From: Candidatus Uhrbacteria bacterium
Lineage (GTDB): Bacteria; Patescibacteriota; Patescibacteriia; UBA9934
DNA: 64,000 bases
Direction: 5' to 3'
NCBI GenBank assembly: GCA_963822405.1
Contig: CAWGHH010000002.1
Coordinates: 266,766 to 330,765 of the forward strand
This document shows positions 48,531 through 58,287 of this stretch, in pieces. How positions within the stretch are numbered: position 1 is the first letter of the stretch; every line of letters starts with the position of its first letter. The translations under genes and the position numbers were made by a program. Under the pieces are notes generated by a model. It was given only the letters and a program-made list of their open reading frames with translations, searched no databases and was not told the origin of the DNA.

Positions 48531-48644
48531 TTAGCCTTGGCGCTGCTTATGCTTAGGAATTTTGCAAACTACGCGAACGCGGCCTTCCCGACGGATGACC
48601 TTGCAATCGCGACAGATTTTCTTAACAGATGAACGTACTTTCAT
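48531..48644 (-). CDS. rpmJ: 50S ribosomal protein L36 (below ORF-track length cutoff)
   Basis: [37 protein letters not shown]. Confidence 0.97.
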   Translation of the reverse strand: MKVRSSVKKICRDCKVIRREGRVRVVCKIPKHKQRQG

Positions 48645-48721
48645 AAAATTTCCCTTTATGTTACGCAAAATCATCCGGAAAACTCCAAGGATGATTCTGT
48701 AGAAGCTAGAGATGCCGTTCG

Positions 48722-48937
48722 CTAGAAGCGGAACGTTATTCGAGCCTTGGTGAGATCATAGGGGCTGATCTCACACTTGACGTCATCACCGGGCATTACC
48801 CGGATGCGGTTCTTACGGAGTTTGCCCGCAAGGTGACCAATGACTTCCATGTCTGTTTCGAGTTTGATGCGGAAAGCTCCACCAGGAAGCGATTCCAACA
48901 CCTCACCACGCATTTCTAGAAAATCTTTTTCGGCCAT
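48722..48937 (-). CDS. infA: Translation initiation factor IF-1
   Basis: [30 protein letters not shown]. Confidence 0.97.
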   Translation of the reverse strand: MAEKDFLEMRGEVLESLPGGAFRIKLETDMEVIGHLAGKLRKNRIRVMPGDDVKCEISPYDLTKARITFRF

Positions 48938-49028
48938 AGCCGTATTAATATACCAGAGTGCGCTTGGATTAAACAAGAAACCTCTACACAGAAATGCGGG
49001 GGAAGTGTACTCGTCCACCGCGGGAGTG

Positions 49029-49916
49029 TCAAGAAACACGGTGGATAGCGAATTCAACGATCTTCTTGGCTACGTCTAGCCCCGTTACCCGTTCTAGCTC
49101 CTTAAACCCAGGATTTGCGTTCACCTCCATTATTAGCGGTCCACGATTTGATCGAAGTATATCAACGCCGGCAATATCAAGTTTCATCGCCTGCGTTGCC
49201 TGAAGCGCAAGCTTGCGCTCTTCGTCGGTAAGTTCCGCTTGCTGTTCGGTCCCGTCTGGACTGCCGTTACTTCTAACCTCGCCAGACGCGGCATCGAACC
49301 GAATAGCTGCAACCACATCTTCGCCCACCACAAATGCTCGAACCGTCGATCTATTCGCTTCGTTAATGAACTCCTCGACCAGCACCGGATTACCGTCTCT
49401 AACTGCAAGATAATCTGCTATAGGAAAAAGAGTCTCTTTATTTTCAACGTAAAAAACTCCCGTACCCTTTGCTCCAAAAGCTACCTTCAACATGACAGGA
49501 TAGCCAATTACGTTCGCGGCCTCCACACAAGCCTTATAACCAAAAGCTATAGACCAATGAGGAATTGAAATGTTTGCAACGTGCAAGACGGCTCGCTGTA
49601 GAAGTTTATTCTTTGTTCTCAATATCCCTTCCCCACCATTCACCAGTTTGTATCCGGCCGTTTTTAATAAATCGTAAACAGCCTGATGCTGAGAGGGCTC
49701 CTCAATAAAATTCGCTCGAACAATAATCACATCAATCTCACCTAACGCAACCCCATCATTAAAAACAGCCACTGTGCCTTTTTGCTCTTCAAATCTTAAA
49801 TGTCCCTCTAACAATCTTACAGATTCATGCCCTAGCCCCAAAATAGCCTCTTCTAATCTTAAGGTCGAACTCAAAGCCCCAGTCGTCTCAACAGAATTCA
49901 AAATCCCGACGCGCAT
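49029..49916 (-). CDS. RimK-family ATP-grasp ligase
   Basis: KNK, YPVMLK..GAKGTGV, EEFI, RSN, AGVDIL, EVNANPG. Confidence 0.9.
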   Translation of the reverse strand: MRVGILNSVETTGALSSTLRLEEAILGLGHESVRLLEGHLRFEEQKGTVAVFNDGVALGEIDVIIVRANFIEEPSQHQAVYDLLKTAGYKLVNGGEGILRTKNKLLQRAVLHVANISIPHWSIAFGYKACVEAANVIGYPVMLKVAFGAKGTGVFYVENKETLFPIADYLAVRDGNPVLVEEFINEANRSTVRAFVVGEDVVAAIRFDAASGEVRSNGSPDGTEQQAELTDEERKLALQATQAMKLDIAGVDILRSNRGPLIMEVNANPGFKELERVTGLDVAKKIVEFAIHRVS

Positions 49917-49962
49917 ATGGTCTAACCGTAGCGCATCGGGATACTGTTTGGCAATAAGTGAG

Positions 49963-50598
49963 TTACTCGAGTTCAGGACATTGGAATTCTGGAACCTTGC
50001 CTCCACTCGGAGTAGCCGATTTCACACCAACATCCTTCGTGCCGGCGTTGAAAATATACGAGTAAGGTCGCACAGCTTCTGTGAAGGCCGAATGATCGAT
50101 ATCCGTGCCCAACGCTGCATACTTCTGCAAAACAGCCGAAAGACCATGCGCTGCATTCACCGTAAGGAGATAAGGCTCGCTTAATTTGTCATCTTCCAAA
50201 AGAGCAATAAGTTGATTGAACTTTGTGTCCTGTTTCTTGATGAACGCGTAGTCCTCAGCAAATGTTGGTGCACTCTCCGCATCTCCTCTCATGAAAAAAC
50301 CATTAAACATGCCCTCGATATCGACAATCAAACACATCGCATCATTACTCACGAAGGCTGATGGATATGCATAATTTGAAGTGTCAGCCTGATTGTTCTT
50401 TGCGATTCCAGCATTAAGCGCTGCGATGACGGATGCGGAAAGTGGCTTGTTAGATCCCAACTCACGAGCAATGTCTGCACTCGTAACAGCATGCGGAATC
50501 TGACTCGCCACAAGTAATGACCCGAAGGCTAGACCAACAACCGAACCAAGCAACATGCCCGGAATAAAGTGGGCGAGGAAATGAGATTTTGATTCCAT
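49963..50598 (-). CDS. Membrane-anchored protein sharing N-terminal 36 aa with neighbour
   Basis: MESKSHFLAHFIPGMLLGSVVGLAFGSLLVASQIPH then helical domain. Confidence 0.8.
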   Translation of the reverse strand: MESKSHFLAHFIPGMLLGSVVGLAFGSLLVASQIPHAVTSADIARELGSNKPLSASVIAALNAGIAKNNQADTSNYAYPSAFVSNDAMCLIVDIEGMFNGFFMRGDAESAPTFAEDYAFIKKQDTKFNQLIALLEDDKLSEPYLLTVNAAHGLSAVLQKYAALGTDIDHSAFTEAVRPYSYIFNAGTKDVGVKSATPSGGKVPEFQCPELE

Positions 50599-50599
50599 A

Positions 50600-51412
50600 T
50601 TAATTCATCATGCTAGCCTCAACGTCCACGGTCTCATTGTCCGTCCAACCGTTCATCATCCAGGCCTCGCCAAAAGAAGTGTGAATAGGGCCGTCGCCTT
50701 TATAGCCACCAAATGTCCTGGTCTTCATGTCGAAGATCCACAAAATACCTCGTTCTGACATGGCGTTACCAAGAGCAGCTACAACGGCGATCTTAGAACC
50801 GTCAGGTGAGAACTTAGCGTCGAACTGCGTGTAATGCTGATCCGGGAGAGCGTATGTTTGAACATCGTTCGCGTCATCAATCGCTCGAATCTGCAACGAG
50901 ATCGTCGGTCCGATATCTTGGAAAAACTGTGCCAAGTATTTTTCGTCCGGGGAAATGTCGAGCCCCTGGCGAATACCCCCCTGTCCGAAAGTCGGATCAA
51001 GCAGTCGATCAACCTTACCAGTACAAGTATTCACTCGAATCATGTCATATGTCACTGGATACAAAATGTAACCGCCAAGGCCATCTGGATTAAAATCAAG
51101 ATAGGCATTTATAGAAGCAGAATTAACTTGATAAAAGTTCCCAGCATTAAAGAGACCGTTCGGAAAATCTACTTCAGAAATTTTCTTGTCCTTCAAATAT
51201 ATACCAAAGTTGTGTTCGTCGAGAGCCTTCCAGGAAAGATCCTTAAACGAACCAACACAATCACTCGTCACAGCACCACCTTGCGCCAACTGCTTGGTTG
51301 CAGAATGTGGAATCTGACTCGCTACAAGCAACGAACCAAACGCGAGACCAACAACTGAACCGAGAAGAATGCCGGGAATAAAGTGAACGAGAAAATGGGA
51401 TTTGGATTGCAT
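50600..51412 (-). CDS. Membrane-anchored protein with partial beta-propeller (PD40/TolB-like)
   Basis: MQSKSHFLVHFIPGILLGSVVGLAFGSLLVASQIPH; ISPDEKYLA, FSPDGSKIA. Confidence 0.82.
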   Translation of the reverse strand: MQSKSHFLVHFIPGILLGSVVGLAFGSLLVASQIPHSATKQLAQGGAVTSDCVGSFKDLSWKALDEHNFGIYLKDKKISEVDFPNGLFNAGNFYQVNSASINAYLDFNPDGLGGYILYPVTYDMIRVNTCTGKVDRLLDPTFGQGGIRQGLDISPDEKYLAQFFQDIGPTISLQIRAIDDANDVQTYALPDQHYTQFDAKFSPDGSKIAVVAALGNAMSERGILWIFDMKTRTFGGYKGDGPIHTSFGEAWMMNGWTDNETVDVEASMMN

Positions 51413-51500
51413 ATACTAGGAAGTATACACGATCCAATATCCCATTTTTAGGCCTTTCGCCTACGCTCAAGGACTTTATGTGCACCATCTCATTCAAATA

Positions 51501-53277
51501 CTATCCGAGTATCGCCTTAATCCGTCTCACGCCCGAAGACACCGCCTCTTCTTTTTGGATCTTGAATCCGCCAAGCTCGCCGGTATGAGTGACGTGCGGG
51601 CCGCCGCAGATTTCTTTAGAATAGTCGCCGACAGAATAGACGTTGATCTTGCCACCTATGTTCGCATACTTATCTTCGAACAAACCAATTGCCCCGCTGG
51701 CTTTCGCTTCCTCAACGGTTAGTTGCTCGGCTTTCACTGGCATGTCTTTCTTGATCTGTTCGTTCACTATGGCCTCGACCTTCGCAATTTCTTCCGGCGT
51801 CATCTTGGTGTTATGCGAAAAATCGAAACGCAAACGTTCGGCAGTGATGTTACTGCCCTTTTGTTCAACATGAGGGCCGAGGACGTCGCGAAGTGCTTGA
51901 TGCAAAATATGCGTCGCGGTGTGTAGGCGAGTAGTTTCAACAGAGTGATCAGCGAGTCCGCCGGCAAATTTCTTTTCAGCGCCTTGTCGAGATAGATCCT
52001 GGTGCTTCTTGAATTCAGCGGCGAATGCCTCGCGGTCGACTTCTTGGCCCTGCTCATGTGCGAGCTCGTGAGTTACTTCGAGCGGGAAACCGTAAGATTG
52101 ATAAAGATTAAACGCGTCTTCACCAGAAATAGCTTTGTTCTTTTCAAACATCTTCTGGAATTCTCGAAGGCCCTGCGCAAGTGTCTTCTCGAATTTCATT
52201 GCCTCGGTGCTCAGACCGGAAACGATCAGCTCGCGCTTCTCGACCAACATTGGATACGCCTCGCCGAGTGAAGCGACGATCTCGTCGACAACTGGACCGA
52301 TCAATTTCTGCGTGTCGATTCCGAGTTTCTTGGCGTGACGGATTGCTCGACGGATTAATCGACGGAGAATATATCCCTGGTCTTTATTAGAAGGTTCGAC
52401 GCCATCCATGAACATGATAGACGCGGCGCGAAGATGGTCAGCAATAATGCGCATTGACTTCATAGTCTCTGGCGCAGCCGCATATTCGAAACCGGATAAT
52501 TCCTCAAGCTTCTTCAAAATGTTCGTGAACAGCTCAGTCTCATACACGTTCGCGCGATGCTGGAGAGCGACGATCGTACGCTCCATGCCCATGCCAGTAT
52601 CCACGCTACCATGTTCAAGCGGCATCAAAGTGCCATCTTCTTGTTTATTGAATTGCATGAACACGTTATTCCAAATTTCCATCCAACGCTTGTCCTTTGG
52701 ATCATAAATAGCCGGTGGCTCCTCAGAACTCGTCCAATAAAAAATTTCCGTGTCTGGTCCGCACTGGTCCAGTCTTCCCCGCCGGTCCCCACCAGTTGTC
52801 TTCTTTTCCGAGCCTCGCGATCCGGTCGGCCGACACACCAAGACGAATCCAATGATCGTATGCTTCTTGATCGAACGGTGTATTCGCGTCTCCCTCGAAC
52901 ACCGTGAACGACAAATGTGTAAGAGGAATATTCAACCAATCTTTACTCGTCAAAAATTCAAAAGACCATTCTATAGATTCTTTCTTAAAATAATCGCCAA
53001 GGGACCAGTTACCCAACATGGTAAAAAATGTGAGGTGCGTGTTGTCGCCCACGTCATCAATGTCGCCGGTTCTAATGCAGCGTTGATAATCGACTAGTCG
53101 CTTCCCCGCTGGATGCGGCTCGCCCAAAAGATACGGCACAAGCGGATGCATACCCGCGGTCGTAAACAGAACAGTCGGATCATTTACCGGCACAACGGAA
53201 GCCGATGGAATTTCGACATGATTCTTTGATTTGAAGAACTCGACGTATTTCTTTCGGAGGTCGTTGGCGGTTATCAT
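51501..53277 (-). CDS. alaS: Alanine-tRNA ligase, short form (~591 aa); apparent +1 frameshift at ~52764
   Basis: [21 protein letters not shown] in one frame; [30 protein letters not shown] in the next. Confidence 0.95.
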
Positions 53278-53362
53278 AGATGGGAAAATGGTAACGTATT
53301 TGAGAAACTTTCGCAATAAAACATAAGCCGCCGGGGAATACCCGACGGCACATACGAAGTGC

Positions 53363-53548
53363 TCACCATCCGAACCGCTCGACGACCTTTCCAACCAACC
53401 AAGATCCCAACAGGGCGACACCAATGATGATCGGAAAAGCCACACACATGACACCGATGTCAGTCCAAGTAGTTGGACCAGAAGCGTCCTCGCCCCGACC
53501 AATGAGGTCAGGAAATGCATTCGCAACCGAGACTAAAAAGAACAACAT
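53363..53548 (-). CDS. Orphan small membrane protein with own promoter and SD
   Basis: TATTCT -10 box, GGAGGT before ATG, downstream hairpin 53326-53349. Confidence 0.55.
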   Translation of the reverse strand: MLFFLVSVANAFPDLIGRGEDASGPTTWTDIGVMCVAFPIIIGVALLGSWLVGKVVERFGW

Positions 53549-53584
53549 TCACACCTCCGCGCCAGAGGGTAACAGAATACAAAA

Positions 53585-55207
53585 TTATGTACCAGCTGGA
53601 CCCATGTCCCCAACTTCGGCCGGCTGGGCGGCTTTGAGGAATTTTCTTTGTAAGCCAGCCGTGATGCTTCGTAGCTCGGGGCTCTTCAAGAAATAGGCCG
53701 CTAACAAGTAGACGCCTCCACCAACCAAACTCGCCACTGAAAATTGCAAAAAGACATTCGCAAAAGTATCAAGCGTGATGTAACGCACAATCGCGTACTT
53801 TGCACCTTGAGTAGCAAAGGCTGAAAGAATACCGGAGAGCGAAAAGACAAAAACAGAATAGAGAATCTTCTTTTCATCAAGTCCGCCAATTTTGTGATGA
53901 AGAAATACCCAGAGAAAAGCCGTCTGGATCATAGCCGCACCAGTGAAAGCAATGGCCAGACCGAATAACCCGTAAGCGTGCGAAAGTGGAAAAGCAACTG
54001 CCACCGCTAACGCTCCACCAAATAGTGCAATGATAAACGGCGTCAAAGTGTCTTCAAGCGCGTAATACATTCTGACCAGAATAAAATTTGCCGCTTGTGC
54101 AAAAAAACTGATCGCAAAAATGGCGAGCGTATCTGCAATTAACACCGTCGACGTCCAATCCAAACCATCTGCGCCGTAGACCACACGCACTAACTGCGCT
54201 CGCAAAAGCAAAAATAGTACAGTTGCTGGAATCATGTAAAACATTACCTGGCGCATGGTGAGAGAAAATGAAGCGCGCATACCGGCTATGTCATTAACTG
54301 CGGCGCGTTCACAAAAAGTTGGATAGGCGGCAATAGCGTAAGAAACTGCCACAATACCAATCGGGACAAAGTTCAAAGTGTAAGCAAGATTAAAATCTCG
54401 AACAGCGCCATCGGCAATAGTTGTGGCAATCACGCTCATGAGCAAGAACTCGACCTGATTCACCGCCAAACCAAGAACCCGCGGAACCGTCTGTTTGGCC
54501 GTCAGCACCAAATCTGGATCTCGAAGTTTCAAGTATGGCTGGTAACGGTAACCAACTGAAATTGCGCCAACAAGCTGGACGAGCATGTGTAAAAATGAAC
54601 CAAGCACTACGCCCCAAGCCAAACCAATCGGACCAGTGATTGGCACAATGAACAAGGCACCGAGAATGATACCGGCGTTATAAACAATTGGCGCAAAGGC
54701 CGGAAGAAAAAACCTTTTAGTTCCTTGAAGAATCGAACCAAAAACAATCGACGCTGCAAAAAACAATTGACCCAAGAAAATAATTCGCGTCATCTGCGCC
54801 ACCGCCGCCTGTTTTTCAGGTGACCAAGTTGGGGCGAGAGCCGGCGCAATCCACGGAGCGAACGCAATAACAAAACCAGAAATGACAATGAAAATTAATA
54901 GAACCAAGTGAAGAACATTATTCGTATACTTCCAAGCACGCGCCTTATCATCACTAGCCCAAGCCTTAGTGAACACCGGAATGAAACTTGCAGAAATTGC
55001 CCCGACAACTAGCAGCTGAAACAGCAAATCTGGCAAGCGAAAAGACTGATAATAAACGTCTAGCACATTGGCCGATTGCCCGTTGAATGCCCCGATCAGC
55101 ACACGATCGCGAATAAGACCCGCCACGCGAGACAACAGAGACATTGCTCCTACAATAAAAGCAGCGGAAGCTACAGTAGATGACGCACTAAACAATTTCC
55201 TGATCAT
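53585..55207 (-). CDS. murJ: Lipid II flippase MurJ
   Basis: [31 protein letters not shown]. Confidence 0.94.
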   Translation of the reverse strand: MIRKLFSASSTVASAAFIVGAMSLLSRVAGLIRDRVLIGAFNGQSANVLDVYYQSFRLPDLLFQLLVVGAISASFIPVFTKAWASDDKARAWKYTNNVLHLVLLIFIVISGFVIAFAPWIAPALAPTWSPEKQAAVAQMTRIIFLGQLFFAASIVFGSILQGTKRFFLPAFAPIVYNAGIILGALFIVPITGPIGLAWGVVLGSFLHMLVQLVGAISVGYRYQPYLKLRDPDLVLTAKQTVPRVLGLAVNQVEFLLMSVIATTIADGAVRDFNLAYTLNFVPIGIVAVSYAIAAYPTFCERAAVNDIAGMRASFSLTMRQVMFYMIPATVLFLLLRAQLVRVVYGADGLDWTSTVLIADTLAIFAISFFAQAANFILVRMYYALEDTLTPFIIALFGGALAVAVAFPLSHAYGLFGLAIAFTGAAMIQTAFLWVFLHHKIGGLDEKKILYSVFVFSLSGILSAFATQGAKYAIVRYITLDTFANVFLQFSVASLVGGGVYLLAAYFLKSPELRSITAGLQRKFLKAAQPAEVGDMGPAGT

Positions 55208-56490
55208 ACCTCTTGTAGGCGACGAAGGCGGTAGATGTAGATAAGAAGAGCAAGCAAGAGCAAGACAAGCAGAGAAAGCACTAGATCAACGAGCGGGTTA
55301 CCAAGATGAAAGAACGAAATGTTAATCATCTGCGAATCAGTAAACATTTTACCGCCATCCGTAGCCACCGCCAGAGTCACTTTGTAATCACCAGAACGTG
55401 GGAATACATGAGTCACTTTGCTTTCAACACTAGTCGAACCATCACCAAAGTCCCAGCCGAATGCCCCAGCCACCTCGCCTTGTGGCTTAGCGTTAAACTC
55501 ATAAGTTCGCCAATCTATCTGTCTATAACTAAATCGAGCGTCTGGAGAAAGTTTGAGATTTCCCAAGGTAATTGGAGTGGCAGCGTCTTCAGTGGCGGAG
55601 TTAGGCGACACCAAATCCGTACCTAACACACCCGAAGAAATATCAGCCACTGCCAGATCAGTTCCGCCGTTATCCGGTGTGCTCGATTCAACCGGGTCAG
55701 CGCCTCCCTGCTCGTCAGTGATTCCGGCAACTACTGGAACAGGATTCTTTGCGGGAGTCGTCACGTGAGTTGGAGTTGGCCCGCCGGTCGAACTTCCACT
55801 AGACGATCCGTTCGAGCTTCCACCAGGAGCCACTGCCACAACAACCGGCGGCGGGTTAGTTGAACGTGTTGAATCAAGCGGAAAAGCATCGCTTCCGTCA
55901 GGTGAACCGTCACCATCAGTATCCGGATTAGTTGGCGAAGTTCCGTTCGCAATTTCAGTTGTATCAGGGGTGCCATCGTTGTCATCATCACTGTCACAAG
56001 CATTGCCGGCACCGTCATGATCAGTATCAAGCTGATCAGCGTTAGAAATATTTGGGCAATTATCTGTGTCATCAGCTATCCCGTCATGATCGCCATCAAT
56101 AATTGGCGTATAGAGCGGAGTCATAGCCTCATCATTAGCAGCTACTACATCCGCCGGATCTTGTCCCTGAATTCTCGCAAGAATATTAAACGGACTTTGC
56201 GGAACAATATAGTCCACAAAAACATCGTCACCGTTACCACCGGCCACAACCGAAACTATCTGGCTAGTGCCAACTAATTGACTACCTTGATAAAAAAATA
56301 CCTGAGCTGTCATGTCTACCTCGCCCTCATTTTTAATAGTGGCGTAGATACGGATGTGATCTCCGGCGTACAAAGTACTCTTTGAGAAGTGAATGCTCGA
56401 GGCCTTGATTGAAAGGTCAGGTGACGCAGCTAAAGCCGAAAACGGCAGAAGCGTCAGACACATGACGACAAGCGAAAGAAAATATCGCAT
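55204..56490 (-). CDS. Surface protein: CARDB-like, thrombospondin type-3 Ca-binding repeats, PKD domain, C-terminal TM
   Basis: Signal peptide, [30 protein letters not shown]-terminal hydrophobic anchor. Confidence 0.88.
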   Translation of the reverse strand: MRYFLSLVVMCLTLLPFSALAASPDLSIKASSIHFSKSTLYAGDHIRIYATIKNEGEVDMTAQVFFYQGSQLVGTSQIVSVVAGGNGDDVFVDYIVPQSPFNILARIQGQDPADVVAANDEAMTPLYTPIIDGDHDGIADDTDNCPNISNADQLDTDHDGAGNACDSDDDNDGTPDTTEIANGTSPTNPDTDGDGSPDGSDAFPLDSTRSTNPPPVVVAVAPGGSSNGSSSGSSTGGPTPTHVTTPAKNPVPVVAGITDEQGGADPVESSTPDNGGTDLAVADISSGVLGTDLVSPNSATEDAATPITLGNLKLSPDARFSYRQIDWRTYEFNAKPQGEVAGAFGWDFGDGSTSVESKVTHVFPRSGDYKVTLAVATDGGKMFTDSQMINISFFHLGNPLVDLVLSLLVLLLLALLIYIYRLRRLQEV

Positions 56491-56518
56491 AGTTGTATAT
56501 TTCCTTTATTGTAGCACG

Positions 56519-57238
56519 TTATGCCTCATTTTGCTTCTTGTAGCCAAACTCGTATTTAAACCAATTATGACGAATGGGACCAAGGAAAAGGATGTGAAGT
56601 TCAGCAATGAGATACTTTGCCACCGTCGTCAATCCCCCATCGCGAGTCAATCTACGATTCGTCACGCCAATTTTCACGCCATTAATTACTCCGAACGGCA
56701 TAATTTTGTTCGCTCGCTTCCCGTAATCATTATCTTCGCAAAATAAAACCGACGGATCAAATCCGTTAACCGCCTCGTGCACACTTCGACGCACTAAAAT
56801 ACATCCGCCCATCACGTGCGAGTTACGTGCGCCCCACATACGTACATACGCGTTGTAAACTTTGTGACCAAAGTGTTCCAAGAACGAACCGTGAACTAGT
56901 TGCAGGTCGAATGTCCCGACCCCTAACTGTCGCTTTTCAAAATCTGCAATTGCAATTTCGAAAAACTTTGGATCAGGCAAAACTATGTCTGCGTCAATAA
57001 AAAATATCAAATCGCTCTTCGTTACTTGCGCCCCAGCATTTCTTCCTGGCCCGGGTAAACCACCTTCAACAACCCGCATCCCCGCCGCCTCCGCAATCTG
57101 CGTAGTTCGGTCTGTGGAGCCCGCGTCCGCGAGCACGATCTCACTTGGCTGCAAAGTCTGCAGTTTCAATGACTCAATCAAATCTGGCAAATACTCTTCC
57201 TCGTTCTTAGTTGGAATCACGACGACGAATGTTGGCAT
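56519..57238 (-). CDS. GT2 glycosyltransferase
   Basis: VVIPTKNEE, DAGSTD, RNAGA, DAD, GFD...ED. Confidence 0.92.
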   Translation of the reverse strand: MPTFVVVIPTKNEEEYLPDLIESLKLQTLQPSEIVLADAGSTDRTTQIAEAAGMRVVEGGLPGPGRNAGAQVTKSDLIFFIDADIVLPDPKFFEIAIADFEKRQLGVGTFDLQLVHGSFLEHFGHKVYNAYVRMWGARNSHVMGGCILVRRSVHEAVNGFDPSVLFCEDNDYGKRANKIMPFGVINGVKIGVTNRRLTRDGGLTTVAKYLIAELHILFLGPIRHNWFKYEFGYKKQNEA

Positions 57239-57257
57239 AGAATGGTTTTAAACTTTC

Positions 57258-57334
57258 TGGTGCGCTCAGGACGATTCGAACGTCCGACCCCTTCCTTCGG
57301 AGGGAAGTACTCTATCCAGCTGAGCTATGAGCGC
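57258..57334 (-). tRNA. tRNA-Arg(CCG) with encoded CCA
   Basis: GCGCTCA acceptor stem, AGCTCAGCTGGATAGAGT D-arm, CTTCC-CTCCGAA-GGAAG anticodon arm, GTTCGAATC T-loop, ACCA end. Confidence 0.97.
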
Positions 57335-57753
57335 GTCATTATGTACATTGCCACACCTGAAGCGACCGATACATTGAGCGATTGTTTCTTCGCCATGGGA
57401 ATCGTCACGAGTCCGTCGAGCAGTCCTCGAGCCACCTCGTCTATTCCCTCAACTTCGTTTCCAAGCACAAGAGCAATCTTCTGTGCCGTCGTGTTTTCGA
57501 TCGGCCGGCCACCCGTTTCCAAACCAAGAACAGAATAACCCGCTTCCTTGAGTTTCGCAATAATGTCGGTCAGCTCCCCCGTCTCCCAACTTACCAACTG
57601 TTCAGCGCCAAGCGCTACTTTTGCTATCTCTTTTCTGGGCGGAGTTGCCGTAAAACCAGTTAAGTACAGTTTCTCAATACCAAAGGCTGCAGCGTTTCTA
57701 AAGATTGATCCAATATTATGCAGGCTTCTAATGTTATGCGCGATGATAATCAT
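57325..57753 (-). CDS. SpoU/TrmH-family RNA 2'-O-methyltransferase
   Basis: HNIGSIFR, LVLGNEVEG, IPM..SLNVSVA. Confidence 0.92.
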   Translation of the reverse strand: MIIIAHNIRSLHNIGSIFRNAAAFGIEKLYLTGFTATPPRKEIAKVALGAEQLVSWETGELTDIIAKLKEAGYSVLGLETGGRPIENTTAQKIALVLGNEVEGIDEVARGLLDGLVTIPMAKKQSLNVSVASGVAMYIMTRS

Positions 57754-57823
57754 ATTTTTTGTTATATTGAGTTTTTCACACTTTTATCTTATGCTCAAGG
57801 TGGCTCAGCAAAGGAGGGCCACC

Positions 57824-58174
57824 ATGGATGGGTCACCAACGCCCGCTCCGCCGGTTTCTCCGGTAGACATGGAAGAGCTGAAGAGCATCTGCTCCCTGAT
57901 CCAGGCAGGACGAATTACCTGGGATGACATTGTCGCGCTCCACGAGCTCGGACTGGTGAAGAGGCACGCAGCCTTCATACCCGCCGCAGCCCGTTCAAAG
58001 GACGAACAGGAACTCGCCCTAAAAGTGCACGACGTCCTCATGGCTAAACACGGCCAAGAGATTCAATTCCCGAGCGTCATGGACACGCTCATCACCCTTC
58101 TCTTCGATCGCCCGATCGGCCGACTCCCGAATCTCTTCAAGAAATTCGTCGAAGAAGCCAAAAAAGCGGCGTAG
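57824..58174 (+). CDS. Orphan helical hypothetical protein with SD
   Basis: AGGAGG before ATG 57824; 116 aa; downstream GC hairpin 58206-58236. Confidence 0.7.
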   Translation: MDGSPTPAPPVSPVDMEELKSICSLIQAGRITWDDIVALHELGLVKRHAAFIPAAARSKDEQELALKVHDVLMAKHGQEIQFPSVMDTLITLLFDRPIGRLPNLFKKFVEEAKKAA

Positions 58175-58287
58175 GAGACATGCCTAGGCATGCAACCGTC
58201 ACCACGCGTCCGCGCGGCTATAGGCCCCGCGGACGCTTCCCTTTTAGATTGACTTTCCCAAAAAAATTAGCTATCCTCAGCAAATCT

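Noticed and set aside
51501-53277. alaS, def and pyrD as true pseudogenes or programmed frameshifts
   Set aside because: Each has a single +1 base with otherwise intact motifs, no shared slippery sequence, and all coincide with GGWCC; a sequencing artefact is more parsimonious.
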